DNA of 64,000 nucleotides from Basidiobolus meristosporus CBS 931.73 (taxonomy: Eukaryota; Fungi; Basidiobolomycota): assembly GCA_002104905.1 (NCBI GenBank), contig MCFE01000189.1:73096-137095 (forward strand). The letters are read 5' to 3'. Within the stretch, counting starts at the first letter, position 1. Each line of letters opens with the position of its first letter. The translations under genes were made by a program, and so were the position numbers. The notes under the pieces were generated by a model. It had not been told where the DNA came from and did not search any database. It was given only the letters and a program-made list of their open reading frames with translations. Shown here piece after piece: positions 25,548 to 38,551 of the stretch.

Positions 25548-28500
25548 TGTAGTAAAAATTTGTAATTCCACCCAAATATTCACCTAACTTAGTCACTTAG
25601 ATCACTACCTTCAAATCCTAGAGAATACTGACCAAATTCCTTGTTGGGATTTACTTAGAATATTTTCACCAAAGTACCAGGTACCCATAACATGAAAACT
25701 CTGAAAGTTGTCTAAGCAGCCCCAAACTTTGTGCACATGCTCTTGGGACCTTCCCAAACCTGCTCTACATGTTTGTTATGCCAGGACTATGTAAAAGTAT
25801 AAACACTACATTTATATTCAATACATCATTAAGTGAAAACCACATAACCCACTTGTTCTCACAATCACTTCCAATATCTCCAAGACTCTTACAACAGACT
25901 ATGAGTCCCAAGCTGTCACTCTCTGCAATGTTTACTACTGCTATTAATGGAATCTTCCCTCTGCTGAAAAGCTGGATGGATCTAACTACCAAGTGTGGAA
26001 GGTGAAGATGAAGATGCTGCTACAAGAAAGAGGCCTTTAGGATATTTTCATGGGAGAAGAATGCCCTCCTAAAAACATGGGAGAGGAAGCCTTAAAGTAC
26101 CAGAAGAAAGAACAAAGTGCCTTTAACTACATATGCCTTAATGTTAAGGACAAATTGCTAATTCAATGCTCAAGAGCAAAAACAGTAAATAATGCCTGGA
26201 AGGCATTAGAAGACACCTACCAGTCATGTTAAGCTTCTAAGAAAATGTATCTGAGACAAAAATTCTTTATTACAAAGATGCAGCCAGGAGGAGAAATGAA
26301 AAATCTAGTTAACGGAATTACCCTGCTGGTAGATGAAATGGAATCTGTGGGCATACCAACTACTGATGAGGATGTGATAGTTACCATCCTGAATAGCCTA
26401 ATAGACAAGTTTCAGGTCCTTGTATCAATCCTAGAGTCCAAAACTGAAGATTTGACCTTAATTTATGTATATGGAAGGCTCCTGGATGAAGAATTAAGAA
26501 AATCAAGCGCCAATAAGAAGGAAGGAGAAAATGCTTTAATCAGCAATGATAACCAACAAAGGAGGTACCCAAGATCCTACAAAGGCAACAGCAATCTGTG
26601 TTGTAAATACAGCAAAAGGAAAGGACAAACATCACACCGGTGCTTCAAAAAGAAAGACAATCAGCAAAAGAAGTCTGAAAGTGGAAATGCGGCAACAACT
26701 GAAGATAGACTATTCATATCTGCACTAAATATGCCACAAACAAGGATTCTCAGACGTGGTATATTGACTCTGGAGTATCTCAACACTTTACACACCAAAA
26801 ATAACTTTTTACCCAATACCAATAAATTCCAATTAAGAAGGTTTTCATGGGTGACAATAGAACACTTGAAGCAGTGGGAGAAGGAACTATCCAAGTAAAC
26901 CTAAGAAGCAGTGAAGGAAGCCATACACTGACCTTTAAAGAAGTACTCTATGTACCAGAAATAGCCAAGAATCTACTATCTGTAAGCAAGGCCACTGCAG
27001 AATGACTCAGTTTCAGCTTTGACAATTCTGGATGCATGATCACTGATCAAAATGGTGCCCATATTGCTTTGGGTATCAGACATCAGAATCTATACAAGTT
27101 GACTTATATTCCATCATATTTGGAAGCCAATAGAAGTAACTTAAATGAAGAAACACCAATGCTTTGGCACAGGAGATTTGGGCACATCAATTTTGATTAT
27201 TCGGGCAAAATGATCAAAGATCAGCTAATTTCTGGAGTAAAATTGATCCCCCAGCTAATTTGGAGTACTGTGAAGCCTGCATATATGGAAAGCAAGCCAG
27301 ACAACCATTTAAGAGCTCTAGGTTGATCAAAACTAAGAAAAAATTAGATCTAATTCACTTAGATCTGTGTGGACCTATGCAAAATTTATCCTTAGGTGGG
27401 ATGAAGTATTTAATCACCTTTATTGATGATTTTACAAGATACACATGGGTCTACTTCATGGGGAGAAAGGAAGAAGATCTGTCTAAGTTCAGGGAGCTTA
27501 AAGCCATGGTTGAGAGAGAAACTGGTGAAAAAATCAAGAAAATATGCTCTGACAATGGTGGAGAATATATCTCAAAACTCTTCATCCACTTCTGCACAAT
27601 TCATGGGATAAAGCAAGAGACTACTGTACCATACTCTGCACAGCAATATGAAGTAGCAGAATCTTCTAACAGATCAATAATTGATATGGCAAGATCTATG
27701 ATCCATGATCAAAAATTATTCTATGATTTTTGGGTGGAACCAGTTGCCACAACTGTATATCTCAAAAATAAGAGTTATAACAGAATACTTTATGGTTCTA
27801 CTCCATTTGAAGCATGGTATGGATACAGACCAAGTGCAGAACATCTAAGAACATGTGGGTGTACAACATATGCCAAGTAACTGCCCAAAATCAGTCAAAA
27901 TTCAAGCCAAAAAGTATAAATTGCATATTTTTGGGCTACTGCAATGCAAGTAAATCATACAGACTCTACACCACCAAAGCAAAGAAGCTAGTCAAGTCCA
28001 GGGATGTGTTTTTTGATGAAAACCTAAAATATTCATAAAAAATGACATCAGATTTGATGAAAATCTGATCTCAAGTCCACCAATTGTCAGGATTGAATCA
28101 GAGCAAAACAATGAGAATATTTTCACTCCAGAGGACTATACAGCCATGATTCAGCCAGAATCAGAGCCCAGGAATATTCCAGAAGTGATTATTCCAGTAT
28201 CAATTGCCTGGAGATCCAATTGGACAAGAAATAGCCCAAATACTTTATTATGGAGGGTACAAACTTAGCCTATGCCTATTCAGTCCATATTGATGAGCCC
28301 CAGACTGTAAAAGAGGCCCTAAATAGCCCTCAGACAAAGTCTTGCAGATCTGCAATTACTGAGGAATGTCAGGCCCTAATGGAAAATCAAACTGGGGACT
28401 TAGTCAAATTACCAATTGACTAAAAATCAATTGGGTGCAGATGGGTCTTCAAGACAAAATACAAGGCTGATGGTACAATTGAAAGATACAAAGTAAGACT

Positions 28501-30226
28501 TGTGGCCAAAGGATACTCTCAAACAAAAGGACTTGACTATACTGAGACCTTTGCACTGGTAGCCAAGTTTAATTCCATCAGATTGATATTGGCTGTTGCA
28601 GCCAATTATAAGTTTTTTATTCATCAAATGGATGTAAAAACTGCATTTTGAATGGAAAACTTGATGAGGACATGTATATAGACCAGCCTAAAGGGTTTGT
28701 TGACCAAGATATCCCCCATTTGGCCTGCAGGCTTAAAAAGTCACTATATGGTCTCAAACAATCACCAAGAGCCTGGAATTGCAAGATAGATTCTTGTTTA
28801 GGATCTTTGAGTTTCAAAAGGAGTAATGCTGACTATAATATATACTGCAAGCCAGATGGAGCAAATCCAGTTCTATTAGCTCTCTATGTGGATGATCTTA
28901 TTATAGATGCCAATAACCTAGAAACATTGGAAGAGGGTAAATCCAGCTTATCTAAGGAGTTCACGATGTCCAATCCAGGAGAACTCAGTCACTACTTAGG
29001 GTCCATGTTCTACATAGACAGAAGTACCCAAACTATCACCCTAAGCCAGTCCAAGTATATTCAAGATATACTAAAGAAGTACCAAATGGAAGACTGTGAA
29101 CCAGCAGCTACCCCAATGGAGACAAACCTTAACTTGGTCAAAACTCAACCAAATCAAGAGAGGCTTGTGCCATCTAAAAGCCCTGACTTTCCTTATCATT
29201 CCATGGTTGGCATTCTGATGTATATCATGCTTGGAACACGTCCAGATATCTCAAATTCAGTGGGAGTTGTCAGCCAACATAATCAGAACTATGGATCTGA
29301 TCATATTGCAGCAGTTAAGCGGACTTTTAGATACCTAAAAGGAACTGCTGATATTTACTTAAGATACATTTAAAAGGACTCAGAACAGGATCTTGTGGGA
29401 TACTCTGATGCTGTTTGGGGACAAAATTTAGAAGACTGAAGATCCACCACAGGATACACCTTTCTTTACTGTAAAGGAGCAATCTCATGGAGCTCAAGAA
29501 AGCAACCAACCATAGCACTTTCTACCACAGAGGCAGAGTATATGGCAGCCTGTGAAGCCACAAAAGAAGCAATGTGGCTAAGGAAGCTTTTTACAGATAT
29601 AGGCCTATGGCAAAAAAACGCCTATTACTTTATTTCAAGATAATCAAGGACATATACAATTAGGTAGAAATCCAACTTTTCATGCTAGAACCAAGCATAT
29701 ATATAGTAGACATCATTTCATATGCAAAGCTATAGAGAGTAACTTAGTTAACTTAGTTTACTGCCCTTCAGATGAAATGATTGCAGATATATTTACCAAA
29801 CCATTAGCTAGAGACAAGTTTGAATATCTTAGGTCAAAAATAGGACTAGTCAGTATGAACATTTAGCTGAGTGGGAGTGTTGTAAAAATTTGTATTTCCA
29901 CCTAAATATTCACCTAACTTAGTCAGTTAGATCATTACCTTCAAATCCTAGAGAATACTGACCAAATTCCTTGTTGGGATTTACTTAAAATATTTTCACC
30001 AAAATACCAGGTACTCAGAACATGAAAACTCTCAAAGTTGTCTAAGCAGCCCCAAACTTTGTGCACATGTTTTTGGGACCTTCCTAAACCTGCTCTACAT
30101 GTTTGTTATGCCTGGACCATGTAAACATATAAACACTACTTTTACATTAAGTAATTCATTAAGTGAAAACCACATAATCTACTTGTTCTCCCAATCACAT
30201 CCAATATCTCCAAGACTCTTACAACA
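25548..30226 (+). mobile_element. Inner full-length Copia element (4679 bp), degenerate, nested in inverse orientation
   Basis: 349-bp LTRs 25548-25896 and 29878-30226 (about 92% identical); mutated PBS gactatgagtccc; gag 26050-26898; integrase 27260..27880; RT 28648..29373 (LYVDDL); PPT gagtgggag; TSD ctatc (25543-25547) / ctatt (30227-30231). Removing it restores caagtgttctattgtcacccatg, as in the inner copy's own sequence at ~26845-26875. Confidence 0.95.
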
Positions 30227-31163
30227 CTATTGTCACCCATGAAAACCTTCTTCATTTGAATTTCTTGATATTGGGTAAAAAGTTGTTTTTGGTGTGTAAA
30301 GTGTTGAGATGCTCCAGAGTCAATATACCATGTGTGAGAATCCTTGTTTGTGGTCATCTTTAGTGCAGATATGAATAGTCTATCTTCAGTTGTTGCAGCA
30401 TTTCCATATTCAGGCTTTTTCTGCTGACTATCTTTCTTTGAAGCACTGGTCTGATGTGTATCCTTTCCTTTTGCAGTAGTTGCAAAACAGGTTGCTGTTG
30501 CCTTTGTAGGGTCTTGGGTACCTCCTTTGTTGGTTATCATTGCTGATTCAAGCATTTTCTTCTTCCTTCTTATTGGCACTTGATTTTCTTAATTCTTCAT
30601 CCAGGAGCCTTCCATATACATAATTTAAGGTCAAATCTTCAGTTTTGGACTCGTCTTTCAGGCTATTCAGGATGGTAAATATCACATCCTCATCAGTGGA
30701 TGTTATGCCCACAGATTCCATTTCATCTACCAGCAGGGTTATTCTGTTAATTAGATCTTTCATTTCTTCTCCTGGTTGCATCTTTGTAATAAAGAATATT
30801 TGTCTCAGATACATTTTCTTAGAAGCTGAACATGACTGGTAGGTGTCTTCTAATGCCTTCCAGGCATTCTTTGCTGTTTTTGCTCTTGATCATTGAATTA
30901 GCAATTTGTCTTTAACATTAAGGCAAATGTAGTTAAAGGCACTTTGTTCTTTCTTCTGATACTTTAAGGCTTCCTCTCCCACGCTTTTAGGAGGGCATTC
31001 TTCTCCCATGAAAATATCCTAAAGGCCTCTTTCTTGTAGCAGCATCTTCATCTTCACCTTACACACTTGGTAGTTAGATCCATCCAACTTTTCAGCAGAG
31101 GGAAAAATTCCAGTAATAGCAGTAGTAGACATTGCAGAGAGTGACAGCTTGGGGCTCATAACC

Positions 31164-31493
31164 TGTTGTAAGAGTATTGGAGATATTGAAGTGATTGGGA
31201 GAACAAGTAAATTATCTGGTTTTCACTCAATGATTTATTCAATATAAAAGTAGTATTTATACTTTTACCTGGTCTTGGCATTAAAAACACGTAGAATAGG
31301 TTAAGGAAGGTCCCAAGAACATGTGTGCAAAGTTTGGGGCTGCTTGGACAACTTATCTAATTTTCATGTTCTGGGTAAATATTCTAAGTAAATCCCGACA
31401 AGGAATTTGGTCAGTATTCTCTAGGATTTGAAGGTGATGATCTAAGTGACTAAGTTAGGTGAATATTTAGGTGGAATTACGAATTTTACAACA
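31164..31493 (-). repeat. Copia 5' LTR of outer element (330 bp, small internal deletion)
   Basis: tgttgtaagag...ttttacaaca with the adjacent PBS at 31151-31163. Confidence 0.92.
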
Positions 31494-31790
31494 TAAGTGG
31501 GTTTCACTTAATGATTTATTGAATGTAAAAGTAGTATTTGTACTTTTACATTGTCTTGCATGACAAGCACATGATATAGGCTAAGAAAGGCTCCAAGAAC
31601 ATGTGTGCAAAGTTTGGGGCTGTTTGGACAACTTTGAGAATTTTCATGTTCTGGATACCTGGTATTTTGGTGAAAATATTACAAGTAAATCCCAACAAGG
31701 AATTTGGTCAGTGTTTTCTAGGATATGAAGGTACTGATCTAAGTGACCAAGCTAGGTGAATATTTAGGTGGAATCACAAGTTTTTACAAA
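31494..31790 (-). repeat. Partial Copia LTR, cut by the adjacent LTR
   Basis: taagtgggtttcacttaatg...tttttacaaa matches the LTR interior to its terminus; lacks the first ~50 bp as read on the plus strand. Confidence 0.85.
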
Positions 31791-31819
31791 AGTATCAGCT
31801 CCAGTGTCCAGATAAATGG

Positions 31820-32055
31820 AAGGCACCTGGCTGAAGAAATAAGAAAATCAAGTGCTAACAAGAAAAACAAGCAAAATGCTTTAATAAGCAATGATGACCA
31901 TCAAAGGAGGTACTCAAGAGCATTAGGAGAAAGCAGCAACATTTCTTGTAGCAAGTGCAAAAGGAAAGGACACTCATCAGACTGGTACTTCAGAAAGCAA
32001 AATAATGAGCAAGAAAAGCATTAATATGTAAATGCTGCAACAATCGAAGATATAC
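31820..32055 (+). mobile_element. Diverged Copia gag C-terminal fragment
   Basis: AEEIRKSSANKKNKQNALISNDDHQRRY..CSKCKRKGHSSD matches gag 26480-26710. Confidence 0.75.
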
Positions 32056-35000
32056 TTGAAATTGATATGATGCTAGAGCCAAAGCTATTTTGCACCAACT
32101 ATAGAAAGTATCCTACAGGCATTTATTTTGGATATTACTAGCCATCCCATCATGGTTCACAAACTATCTCTTGGTGTATTTTACTATACGCACAGCCAAA
32201 TATGCTCTCACAACATGTAAGAAGGCCAGTGGCTATGATGTTTGGCCTATGAAGATGATTCAAGCCGGTATATACATTACTGATGGTAGAATTTACATTT
32301 TTGGTGCTAACTCATATTTTGTGAGAGTCGTAAGTACAATGGCATTCCTCCACAGCAGAGATCAATAAATGGTTTTCCGGCTCACATCCAACAATCCAGT
32401 TGTAAACCAAGCTGTATTCTCCACCAGATCCAGTTTGAACAGCTGGTGATTGCCGCATATTTCGGGACAAAACTCCATGCAACCTCTAGGTAATTACCAA
32501 TATGGTTGGATTTTGGTGTGATTGAAAATATTGATGCACTATTCACGGTTGGGGTACCGAGTTGTCCACTACATCAATCAAGGGTTCAGGGCATGTAACA
32601 ATTACAAGAATCTACTCTTCAGATGTCCGTTATAACAGGATCAAAATAATGGGATACCGTTCCGTCATATATGCAATGTCGGTCAAAGGATACGGATTTC
32701 AAGGCGTGATTTGGGCTGCAGGTGAAGTACCCACCGCCGTATTAAGATGAGAAGCCGGGGACCCAACAAGCAGCGCTTTGACTAGGTGGCTTTACTATGT
32801 AATTAATCCAGAATTTATTTATGAAGATCTGCTATTTGGAGGCTTACTATACACATCCATCAACCTCCGATACTAGCATTCACGGGATCCACGGATCAGG
32901 ACCTCTAGCCTCGGCACTGGAAGGTACCTTATCAACATGAATGCTTTTAGTGGTATTTAAATGGAAACATAAAGCATTGAAGTAGGGAGCAATCACTCAT
33001 CTCAGGTTAGTACTGGTAGACAAATTGAGATATTTACTCTATAACACAGTGGCCAAAATGTATTGATCTAAATGACATCGCCAATCAGCACGGGGCTAGG
33101 TACACAAAAGTCCAGTATTTCAAAAGGCGATCCCTCTGATAATCTTTGCCAACGTAATATCGATCCTTGCTCATGGGTGTCAGTTATTTCCACCGAGATG
33201 GTCCCCGACTCCGGTATAGGGTCGGCGGAAAACTGTAACGCTCAAGGTTAAGGCGATAACTAGCTAAGGTTGGTCAGAACGCCAACAGTGAGTGGGAGGG
33301 AGTACGGGATCTGGATTCTTGTAAATCTATGGAGAGGTTATAGTAAGTGATTTCCCTTGTGAATCCAAAAAAATGGGATTGTTTTGTTTTTCCATCGGAG
33401 CCCCAGTTACAGATCATGCCAGAGACTCCAGCAAAATACCACATCCAGAAGAGCTTGAGGGTAACGTATGAATACCAATACAGATTAGTTCTGTGCATAG
33501 ATGAGAACCATGGGGAAAATGTCATCAGTCAAGTGAGAAGTTCGATTCAAAAGCATAATAATATAAATAAAAAATGTCAGATCACTATCAGCTCCGCTTT
33601 AATCGCCTAATTTAGCATGAAGGGAACTCCGAAGATAGAAAGCCCGCGCTCATGATCACGATTGGACACTATGTTTAGTGCATTAGCTTTGAATCCATCT
33701 GTTGCACCTTACACCATCCACTCCCCAGTCCTTATTGTTGTGCACAAGCCAACTGTTGCAACTAACGCGGCATGTCTTAGTTCCTCCCCAACGGTTCTTG
33801 ATTTCGTGCTCGATAAAATTTCACATCGCTTACAACTTCTCTTGGATGTTGAGTTGGCCTGATCGTAAGCCGATAATCAATTGGGCAATGCCCCTATTCG
33901 TCCATGCTTCAGGAGTAGGCAGGCGTCAAGCGCCATCCAGGCCAATTGATCACTTGTAAACAGCCCTGTGAAATCGAGATCACAGGTATTTACGAACAAG
34001 ATACATCAACTAGATCCCACAATCAACTACCCGAGGAATACATAGGGAATCTAATCCAGTACACTCTCACCCCCTACGTCGTGAAACACTACCCACCTTC
34101 TTAGCCGTGTTCCTGTAGTTTATGATAGCCGCGCTCTACTTAGGACCTCCATAGCCTGAGCGTATTGCACCCTATACCGAGGTGGTGTACGATAGGATTT
34201 GTGCAACGAACACTTGGTGTACAGTACACCTTCGGATAAACGGCCTGCTTGATTTGGAATTCATGGTAAAAATGTGGTAATGCCAAGGCGTCTTTTGGTT
34301 GTGTCGCATGTATAATAAGAAAGGGCAGCTGTCCAAGATGAAATTTTGAGATTAGCAGTGTCTGGGCCCGAATATGGCCCATCATCCATACCACGTGCTT
34401 TTAATACTCGCCAAGCACAGTGCATCACTCTGGTTCGTGTCAACATAGCAGCTAAGATCGTGCACTGGGGTATGCTCATCCAAAAAAAATAACGCAACTG
34501 GAGGCGAATGTTACTTCCAAATCAAGAATTTCAAGGCACCTATTGACTGAATACTGAAATAGGAAGTACAGCCACCAGACTGTCTGTACGGATTGAATGT
34601 TTTGAAGTCCCTGGATGCTTATAGAGATGGCATCATAAGGATTCATGAGACTGACGTGTTGAAGGGGTTCCATTTGAAACCTGGCCATCGATATTCATCA
34701 GGAGCCGGAGTAGAAATCAACATCGTATTAGCAACATGTTGATTTGAGCATAGCCGTGAAAGTGGTACAATATATATGTGGTTTTCAAACAACCTACGTT
34801 TAGAAGTTTCCAATGGAATTTAGCCCGTACCACCATCCATCCCGGCTATGCTGGATGAATACCAGTTCTACATTCAACCTACAATCATGATTGTGATAAG
34901 AGTTTTTTAGATTCCTGTGGTCGTTTCAAATCACCACATTTGACACCCGATCGGTGCGATGTGAAGCATCAAGGTGACGGCAATGAGTTACCCTTTGAAA

Positions 35001-35328
35001 ATGCGTATCTCCAGGGCACATCAGATCTGAATGCAAGCAACTGCATTCCATAAACATTAGCTAAGGAACAAATCATGATGACCAACCTCAAACTTGGGAT
35101 TTTCTCAACAACAAGATGCACACCTCAAATCTTGGCCGCCTGCAGCTTGTTACATGTCCTCGGATTCCAAGTACAAGGTTGACGTTACAAACATATTCAA
35201 ACAGCACCGCTTGATATAAATTATGCTTCCGCATCATTGTGAACAAAACATTTCTTTGGTAGCAACCTATTCCCGTACATATTTCCCATTTGAAATAGCC
35301 CCTTGCTTAGATACCCAGATCCCGATTC

Positions 35329-37561
35329 ATGATAATGATTGTGCAATGGCTTGTATTGCTTTGTCTATCTAAGGACTTGGCTTTCGGTGCAGCTATTGAA
35401 GATATCCCAGAGAGAGTAACTTATTTAGTGGAATTCAAAAAGCCTGCTGGCGATTCTATCGCGTGCAGAGAGCAGCAGAATAGTTTTCTGTCGGAAATGA
35501 AGGAAAGAGGAATCTGGACCAAGGAAAGAGTTTCCTTCTCACGCTTAGTGAATGCGATGTCGGTGGAATTCTCCTCGAAATACCTAGACTCCATTGCTAA
35601 TGCGCCTGACGTGGAGAAAGTTTGGCCAGTGGTATGTGACAATCGATTTCCTTTCTTTGCAAGAACTTGGTTGACCCGTTTATTCATGCTACTAATAAAC
35701 CAGAATACATTTACACTAAATGCCGGCGACATAATCCAAGCAATTGCCCAACCTGGGTCATCATCCCTTGCTCGGCTAGCTCTTAGTATGACCGGTATCG
35801 ACAAAGTCAGAGCCAAGTACGGATATACTGGTAGCGGGATACGAATTGGTGTGGTGGATACTGGCGTTGATTGGAGTCACCCAGATTTGGGGGGCTGTTT
35901 TGGCGAGGGTTGTAAAATACGCTATGGATTTGACTTCGTGGGTGATGAATTTGGTAGAAGATCACCGATCCCGTCTCCTGATGGAGATCCAAGAGATTGC
36001 CATGGCCATGGAACTCATGTCACGGGCATCATTGGGGCAAAGGGATCCGACTATTCCGGAATAGCCCCTGATGCTACATTTGGTGTTTACAAAATATTTG
36101 GCTGTAAAGCAGATACCACAAACGATGAGTACATTATCCAAGTAAGCACGGTTCGCTTAACTACTATTCTGCAGCAATCTTATTCATTATGTTCCTCGAA
36201 AGGCTTTGGAAATGGCGGTTCGTGACGAAATGGATGTCATCAATTTATCTTTAGGTTCCCCGGTCCCCTGGGGCGAAACCCTGGCGGCCAAGGCCGTTAA
36301 CAGAGCCGTATCACGAGGGGCTTCTGTTGTGGTCTCCTTTGGAAATGATGGAAGAGCAGGATTGTGGACTGGCGGCGAGCCATCTGTGGCTAGTGATGCA
36401 ATTGCTGTAGTCTCTCTAGAGGGCAACAAAGTATCCGATTTTTCCTCATGGGGACCAGACTTTGAGTTGAATTTGAAACCGGATGTTGGCGCTCCAGGAA
36501 GGAAGATCTTTTCTACTTGGCCGGTATCAAAGGGAGAGTATGCTTTACTGTCAGGCACCTCCATGGCTGCTCCACATATCAGTGGGGCTGTTGGACTTTA
36601 TATACAAGGAAAAGGAAGGAGGGCCCCAAGGCAAATACTCGAGAGAATGTTGACTACCTCTGATCCCATCATAGACAGCAGCAACGGCATCCTGGCACCA
36701 GTCGCAAGGCAGGGCGGTGGCATGCTGAACCTTCCAAAAGCCATCGAGTCCGAGACACTTATCAGGCCAGTGAAGATCGCGTTGAATGATACCTTGCACA
36801 CCGCTTCCGTCCGCACTATTACAGTCACAAATGAGGGAAGCGCTGCCCAGACTTATACCTTCGCTCATTCGCCTTCGGCCTCGGTGAATGGGTACTTGGC
36901 ATCCGGCCTGCTCACTACAACCCCACGCCTAAGCCCAGTGTATGCTACTGTTGACTTCGACAAGACCTCGGTTACAATTGAGCCTGGGCAGAGTCAAAGA
37001 ATAACGGTCGGAATTCGTCCACCAACGCTTCCCAGAGAGCAATACTGGATTTATAGCGGATATATCGATATTCATCAGGAACAGAATGATGAAATCTACC
37101 ATGTGCCATATTTGGGGATCAGTGGAGACCACAATAGCCTTCCCATTCTGAGTGATCCAAAATTCCCAGCCATACTAACCCAGCGAACCGGAAACAAACT
37201 CTACAACGACCAATCACAGACGGTAGTCTCCTCATTAAATGAGAACGATGCGGTGGTTTTGCTATTCCGGCTCACCCATCCAACGCAGCTAATTAACATT
37301 AGAATTTGGAGGGTGGATGGGTTAAGACCCAGGCTTCAGGGCTACCTAACCAGGAGAGGCTTTGTAGGACGCAGTATTGATGGTGAGGTTCAGACATTGC
37401 GATGGAGCGGGCGCATCGATAATGCAGCAGGGCAGATTGTGGACGAGGCAGAGAGCGGAGCTACATATCAATTGGTCATCGAGGCACTAAAGCCTTTCGG
37501 ATCACCAAGGAATAGTCAGGATTATGACAGGTGGTTTTCCCCAAGGATATTCGTTGACTAA
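35329..37561 (+). CDS. Secreted subtilisin-like serine protease (S8A, vpr-type; I9 prodomain, C-terminal Fn3-like domain); exons 35329-35631, 35704-36141, 36203-37561; ~699 aa
   Basis: Signal peptide (WLVLLCLSKDLAFG); catalytic VVDTG, HGTHV, GTSMA. Intron 1 gtatgt..ctaat..ccag (35632-35703, 72 nt); intron 2 gtaagc..aaag (36142-36202, 61 nt). Splicing gives DEYIIQ-ALEMAVRDEMDVINLSLG, the canonical S8 motif. Confidence 0.92.
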
Positions 37562-38551
37562 TCCGAATCTCAGTTTCATTCGTGAAATCAATCTGACCAA
37601 CACCGAACGAATACATTATCTATGGCACAAGTAACCCGTTCCATCCATACCAAAATCCCAATGTCACTACCGCACCATTTCCCCGTTTTGAGGAAGAAAC
37701 CAGAGGCACTCATGTTTATTTAAAATTGCCTTCTCGAGTTGGTAGTTAACATGTAATATGTACCCCTCATTAGAACCTCATTTTCCAAATAGAACGCCTG
37801 ATGGAATAAGTCATATTCTCCAGTGCAACCCACAAAGTAACTTGGCCCAAGTATCCTGAATAAATCCTGATGGCGTATGACTCTCCCCTAACTTGGATTA
37901 TCTCGTATTTACGTGTTAGACCAAGTTGCGAAGTAATCCATTCAAACTTGTAAGAAAGGAAACTGGCCAGACCAGAACCCAGCTATGGTTGCGATCGGGT
38001 TCTATGAGGCTGCAGATCAGCCAATGGTGTACTCAAGGTGCAGATATCAGCGTGCATTGCCTAGACACCGTTTGTACACCAACCACTAACTAACTGATGG
38101 GCGATTTGCCGCCGACTCCACACCCAGTTCATGTGATTTCCCGGTCACGGATTAATTGGATGAATTTTATTTAATTTAATTACAAACCAACCTAAATTTC
38201 ACGAATACTATGAGACAACATTCAAAGGATACAAAAATATGTCAAGAATAACATGTATACAATAGAACGTGAGTGAACCAATTACTAATCCAAAGGGTAT
38301 TCGAATGCTACGGAGTAAGGGCCTCCTAACTATGTCTCAGCGAGTAACCATCAGCAGGCACTAGCGAGAGTGCGGTGGATGGTGGCCTCAGAGAAGGGAC
38401 TGCTAAGCCTCTTGTCGTTAAGAGGGGAAGAACGGGAGAACGTAAAGGAATGTATCATACATATAAAAATCGAATCGCAAGAATCATTGACAAGTGAACA
38501 AAAAATCCAACCAACACACCAACCAAGGCTCCTCAGGAGAATGATTCTTGA

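Larger units (their letters stand above)
22179..31493 (-). mobile_element. Outer Copia element (~4.6 kb without its nested insert), degenerate
   Basis: 5' LTR 31164-31493, PBS GGTTATGAGCCCC 31151-31163, gag (30548..30814, 30142..30579, YIDSGASQH), interruption at 25548-30226, GAG-pre-integrase 25146..25583, integrase 24752..25144 and 24287..24718, RT 23777..24259 and 23117..23776 (LYVDDL), RNase H 22538..23008, PPT 22527-22538, 3' LTR 22179-22526. Confidence 0.92.

Noticed and set aside
22179-31790. CRISPR-like or satellite interpretation of the recurring ~350-bp repeat
   Set aside because: These are LTRs with TG..CA ends, PBS and PPT; eukaryotic context; no short repeat-spacer array.
1-32000. 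Classical Neurospora-type RIP
   Set aside because: CpA/TpG are abundant and the Gypsy ORF is free of stops; the depleted dinucleotide is CpG.
35329-36225. 298-aa ORF as a stand-alone protein
   Set aside because: It is exons 1-2 of the subtilisin read through in-frame intron 1 and into intron 2; the catalytic Ser lies in the next exon.
35421-37132. Minus-strand ORFs of 61-131 aa over the subtilisin
   Set aside because: Antisense shadows of a well-supported gene.
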